Positions 60,977-64,000 of a stretch of 64,000 bases of DNA are shown piece after piece (within the stretch, counting starts at the first letter, position 1; each line of letters begins with the position of its first letter). A program made the translations under genes and the position numbers. This stretch comes from Nemertoderma westbladi (taxonomy: Eukaryota; Animalia; Xenacoelomorpha): contig JAUCBJ010000488.1 of the NCBI GenBank assembly GCA_032718475.1, positions 62,001-126,000 on the forward strand, given 5' to 3'. The notes below the pieces were generated by a model. The model was not told the origin of the DNA. It saw nothing but the letters and a program-made list of their open reading frames with translations, and ran no database searches.

Positions 60977-62304
60977 TCGCGAGATAAATGATTAACTCGC
61001 GAGAAAATTATCAAACTCGCGAGAAAATTATTAAACTCGCGAGAAAATCATTAAACTCGCGAGAAAAATGATTAAACTCGCGAGAAAATAATTCATATCG
61101 CGAGATAAATTATTTAACTCGCGAGAAATTAATTAATCTCGCGAGATAAATGATTAAACTCGCGAGAAATTAATTAATCTCGCGAGATAAATGAGTAGAC
61201 TCGCGAGAAAATAATTAATCTCGCGAGATAAATGATTAAACTCGCGAGAAAATAATTAAACTCGCGAGATAAATTATTAAACTCGCGAGAAATTAATTAA
61301 TCTCGCGAGATAAATGATTAAACTCGCGAGAAATTAATTAATCTCGCGAGATAAATTATTAAACTCGCTAGAAATTAATTAATCTCGCGAGATAAATTAT
61401 TAAACTCGCGAGAAATTAATTAATCTCGCGAGATAAATGATTAGACTCGCGAGAAAATAATTAATCTCGCGAGATAAATTATTAAACTCGCGAGAAATTA
61501 ATTAATCTCGCGAGATAAATTATTAAACTCGCGAGAAATTAATTAATCTCGCGAGATAAATGATTAGACTCGCGAGAAAATAATTAATCTCGCGAGATAA
61601 ATTATTAAACTCGCGAGAAAATCATTAAACTCGCGAGAAAAATGATTAAATTCTCGAGAAAATAATTAATATCGCGAGATAAATTATTAAACTCGCGAGA
61701 AATTAATTAATCTCGCGAGATAAATGATTAAACTCGCGAGAAATTAATTAATCTCGCGAGATAAATGAGTAGACTCGCGAGAAAATAATTAATCTCGCGA
61801 GATAAATGATTAAACTCGCGAGAAAATAATTAAACTCGCGAGATAAATTATTAAACTCGCGAGAAATTAATTAATCTCGCGAGATAAATGATTAAACTCG
61901 CGAGAAATTAATTAATCTCGCGAGATAAATTATTAAACTCGCGAGAAATTAATTAATCTCGCGAGATAAATTATTAAACTCGCGAGAAATTAATTAAACT
62001 CGCGAGAAAATAATTAAACTCGCGAGAAAATAATTAATCTCGCGAGATAAAAGATTAAACTCGCGAGATAAATGATTAAACTCGCGAGAAAATAATTAAT
62101 ATCGCGAGATAAATTATTAAACTCGCGAGATAAAAGATTAAACTCGCGAGATAAATGATTAAACTCGCGAGAAAATAATTAAACTCTCGAGAATATAATT
62201 AATCTCGCGAGATAAATGATTAAACTCGCGAGAAAATAATTAATCTCGCGAGATAAATTATTAAACTCGCGAGAAAAATACACATCTCGCGAAAAAAATC
62301 GCGA
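60977..62304 (+). repeat. Minisatellite of ~21-bp CTCGCGAG + AT-spacer units (left arm)
   Basis: About 60 units by length, often alternating as a 42-bp dimer. Internal 574-bp duplication (ATGAGTAGAC at 61191 and 61765). Confidence 0.97.
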
Positions 62305-62532
62305 TTGGCTGTTAATTGGGACAGTAGGAAACGGCCATCCAATAGCAGCAGAGGAAATACCCTTATAGGTGCAATAGGGATATATATATAATAGGTATTA
62401 AATAGGCCTTCTTTCTATATCATTCATTTCAGCATACCGTAACCTCTGCCTCCTGTCTGTATTAAGGGGCGTCGTGTCGAGTTTAGGGAAGCATGTTTGT
62501 TTAAATGTATACGTTAATACGTAGCATGTTTG

Positions 62533-62833
62533 TTATTTTCTCGCGAATTTAATCATTTTTCTAGCGAGTTTAATAATTTATCTCGAGATATTAATTATTT
62601 TCTCGCGAGTTTAATCATTTATCTCGCGAGTTTAATTAATTTCTCGCGAGTTTAATCATTTATCTCGCGAAATTAATTATTTTTTCGCGAGTTTAATCAT
62701 TTATCTCGCGAGATTTATAATTGTCTAGCGAATTTAATCATTTTTCTCGCGAGTTTAATGATTTTCTCGCGAGTTTGATAATTTTCTCGCGAGTTTGATA
62801 ATTTTCTCGCGAGTTTAATCATTTATCTCGCGA
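62533..62833 (-). repeat. Same minisatellite in inverted orientation (right arm)
   Basis: Spacers are reverse complements of the left-arm spacers (e.g. TTTAATCATTTAT vs ATAAATGATTAAA). Confidence 0.95.
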
Positions 62834-63306
62834 CTAAATTCAGAAGAATATCAAGGGGAATTAAAATGTCGAATAAAAATACTAAAAGTATGCCATAGTA
62901 TACCAGTACAGTACATCAGAAAATCAACGGGCTTTGGAACTTCGAAAAATTGTCAAGTGGGTGTACTGAAACAGATTTACCCGAAAATGCCGGTTGTTTA
63001 TCAGTTTGTAAATTGCGACAATATAGTCTCTGCGACTATAAAATCAATTAAACACGCCATCGAAATAAATTAAAAAGCACAGCCATATATTTATAAGGTG
63101 TAATAAGCACATTAGGGGAGCACAAGTTAATCTAAATTGTTTTATTAATATTAATATTTTGTGAAAATAGAATAGATTGTAAGGCAAAGTTAGCTTTGTT
63201 CCAAGGGATGGCAAAACTGCAGCACAATAAATCAATTTTAAACAATTGCCATTAAACAAGGTATAAATAAAAATTGCATTTAACTAGTAATCAATTGGAC
63301 AGTTAA

Positions 63307-63312
63307 TTTATT
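63307..63312 (-). terminator. Candidate USP8 polyadenylation signal AATAAA (second candidate at 63141-63146)
   Basis: TTTATT on the plus strand ~65 nt past the stop codon. The context is AT-rich, so a chance match is possible. Confidence 0.35.
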
Positions 63313-63375
63313 TAATAGTAACTAAGTAGGGAAATTATTACAACAACGAAGTCGGTTAGATAATTTATAATTTAC

Positions 63376-64000
63376 TTATAAAGATGAAACAATAGGAGGT
63401 CTAAATTCAATACTCGTGTAAAATAGAATGTAACTAGCGTTAGTGGAAACTGAAGATTGGTTGATGTTCGAAACATCTTGATCGTCGAATTTATACCAGT
63501 TACCATTGTGTGAGTGTCTACAATGGGCGATGTAGTGGCCTCCGTCGATGTTACCGTAGTGGTTGGACACGGCGTATAGACTGTATTCGGGCGCCCGCGG
63601 TCTTGGCCCCACCACCCAGGAGCCCACGTTCATTCGAGCCGCCACCGGGAACTTCACGTTAGTCGAGAGTTTCTCGCGCCACATACCAGAGTAGGAGAAC
63701 CGCTTGAGATGTATAAGCAACACGGGGGGAACACGCCATATCTCCATGCGCTTACGGGCCTCGCGCTCGCGCTTACAGACGGGGCAGCGCCACGGCACCG
63801 ATTCGGGCTGGGCGAACAGTCTAAGGCAATCGTCGAGACTGCAGGAACCCCGTCCCGATGGCAACGGGAGACTCAGATACATAAACGTATCGAACGTGGC
63901 GCTAGTCTTCCCGCAGGTCGTGCAGACGAGACTGGATTTGTACTGACCCTGAAACAGAGAGACCATGATGGACTCGTTGACCAGTTTGTAGTTCATCCAG
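63376..64000 (-). CDS. USP8: Ubiquitin-specific protease 8, C-terminal catalytic domain (5'-partial, runs off the window)
   Basis: NESIMVSLFQGQ, FMYLSLPL, IWRVPPVLLIHLKRFSY, His box SNHYGNIDGGHY, WYKFDD and YILFYTS all match USP8. The frame is open to the window edge (TGG precedes the ORF-track ATG), so that Met is internal. Confidence 0.93.
   Translation of the reverse strand, partial: WMNYKLVNESIMVSLFQGQYKSSLVCTTCGKTSATFDTFMYLSLPLPSGRGSCSLDDCLRLFAQPESVPWRCPVCKREREARKRMEIWRVPPVLLIHLKRFSYSGMWREKLSTNVKFPVAARMNVGSWVVGPRPRAPEYSLYAVSNHYGNIDGGHYIAHCRHSHNGNWYKFDDQDVSNINQSSVSTNASYILFYTSIEFRPPIVSSL

Larger units (their letters stand above)
60927..62833. mobile_element. Foldback-like non-autonomous DNA element with repeat-built inverted arms and ~230-bp non-coding core
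   Basis: Order of spacer variants is mirrored at the two outer ends. No ORF. The right outer terminus and a TSD are not recognisable. Confidence 0.6.

Noticed and set aside
63044-63946. 71-aa minus ORF and 80-aa plus ORF
   Set aside because: The first lies in the probable USP8 3' UTR, and the second is the antisense shadow of the GC-rich USP8 coding sequence.

Overview
Animal (probably invertebrate) nuclear DNA. Bases 1-~55,766 are one uninterrupted, single-orientation satellite array with a ~40-bp monomer (AAAATAAAGTTAGCGGTGTCAGAGTCAGGGTGGTACAAGT), roughly 1,400 copies by length, with kb-scale nested duplications. I reconstructed four GT-AG exons of a minus-strand MAP4K3/MAP4K5/happyhour-type Ste20 kinase (58168->55948). 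They stop mid kinase domain, so the array appears to lie inside intron 4, starting ~180 nt after the donor, making that intron >55.9 kb when the other introns are 97-1,400 nt. On the gene's sense strand each monomer reads as branch-point motifs plus a pyrimidine tract with no AG, while its AATAAA is antisense. The intergenic region holds degenerate tRNA-like units, a 240-bp tandem repeat with CTCF-like motifs, and a foldback-like element of phased TCGCGA units. The window ends in the 3' part of USP8 (minus strand). All positions were read by eye.
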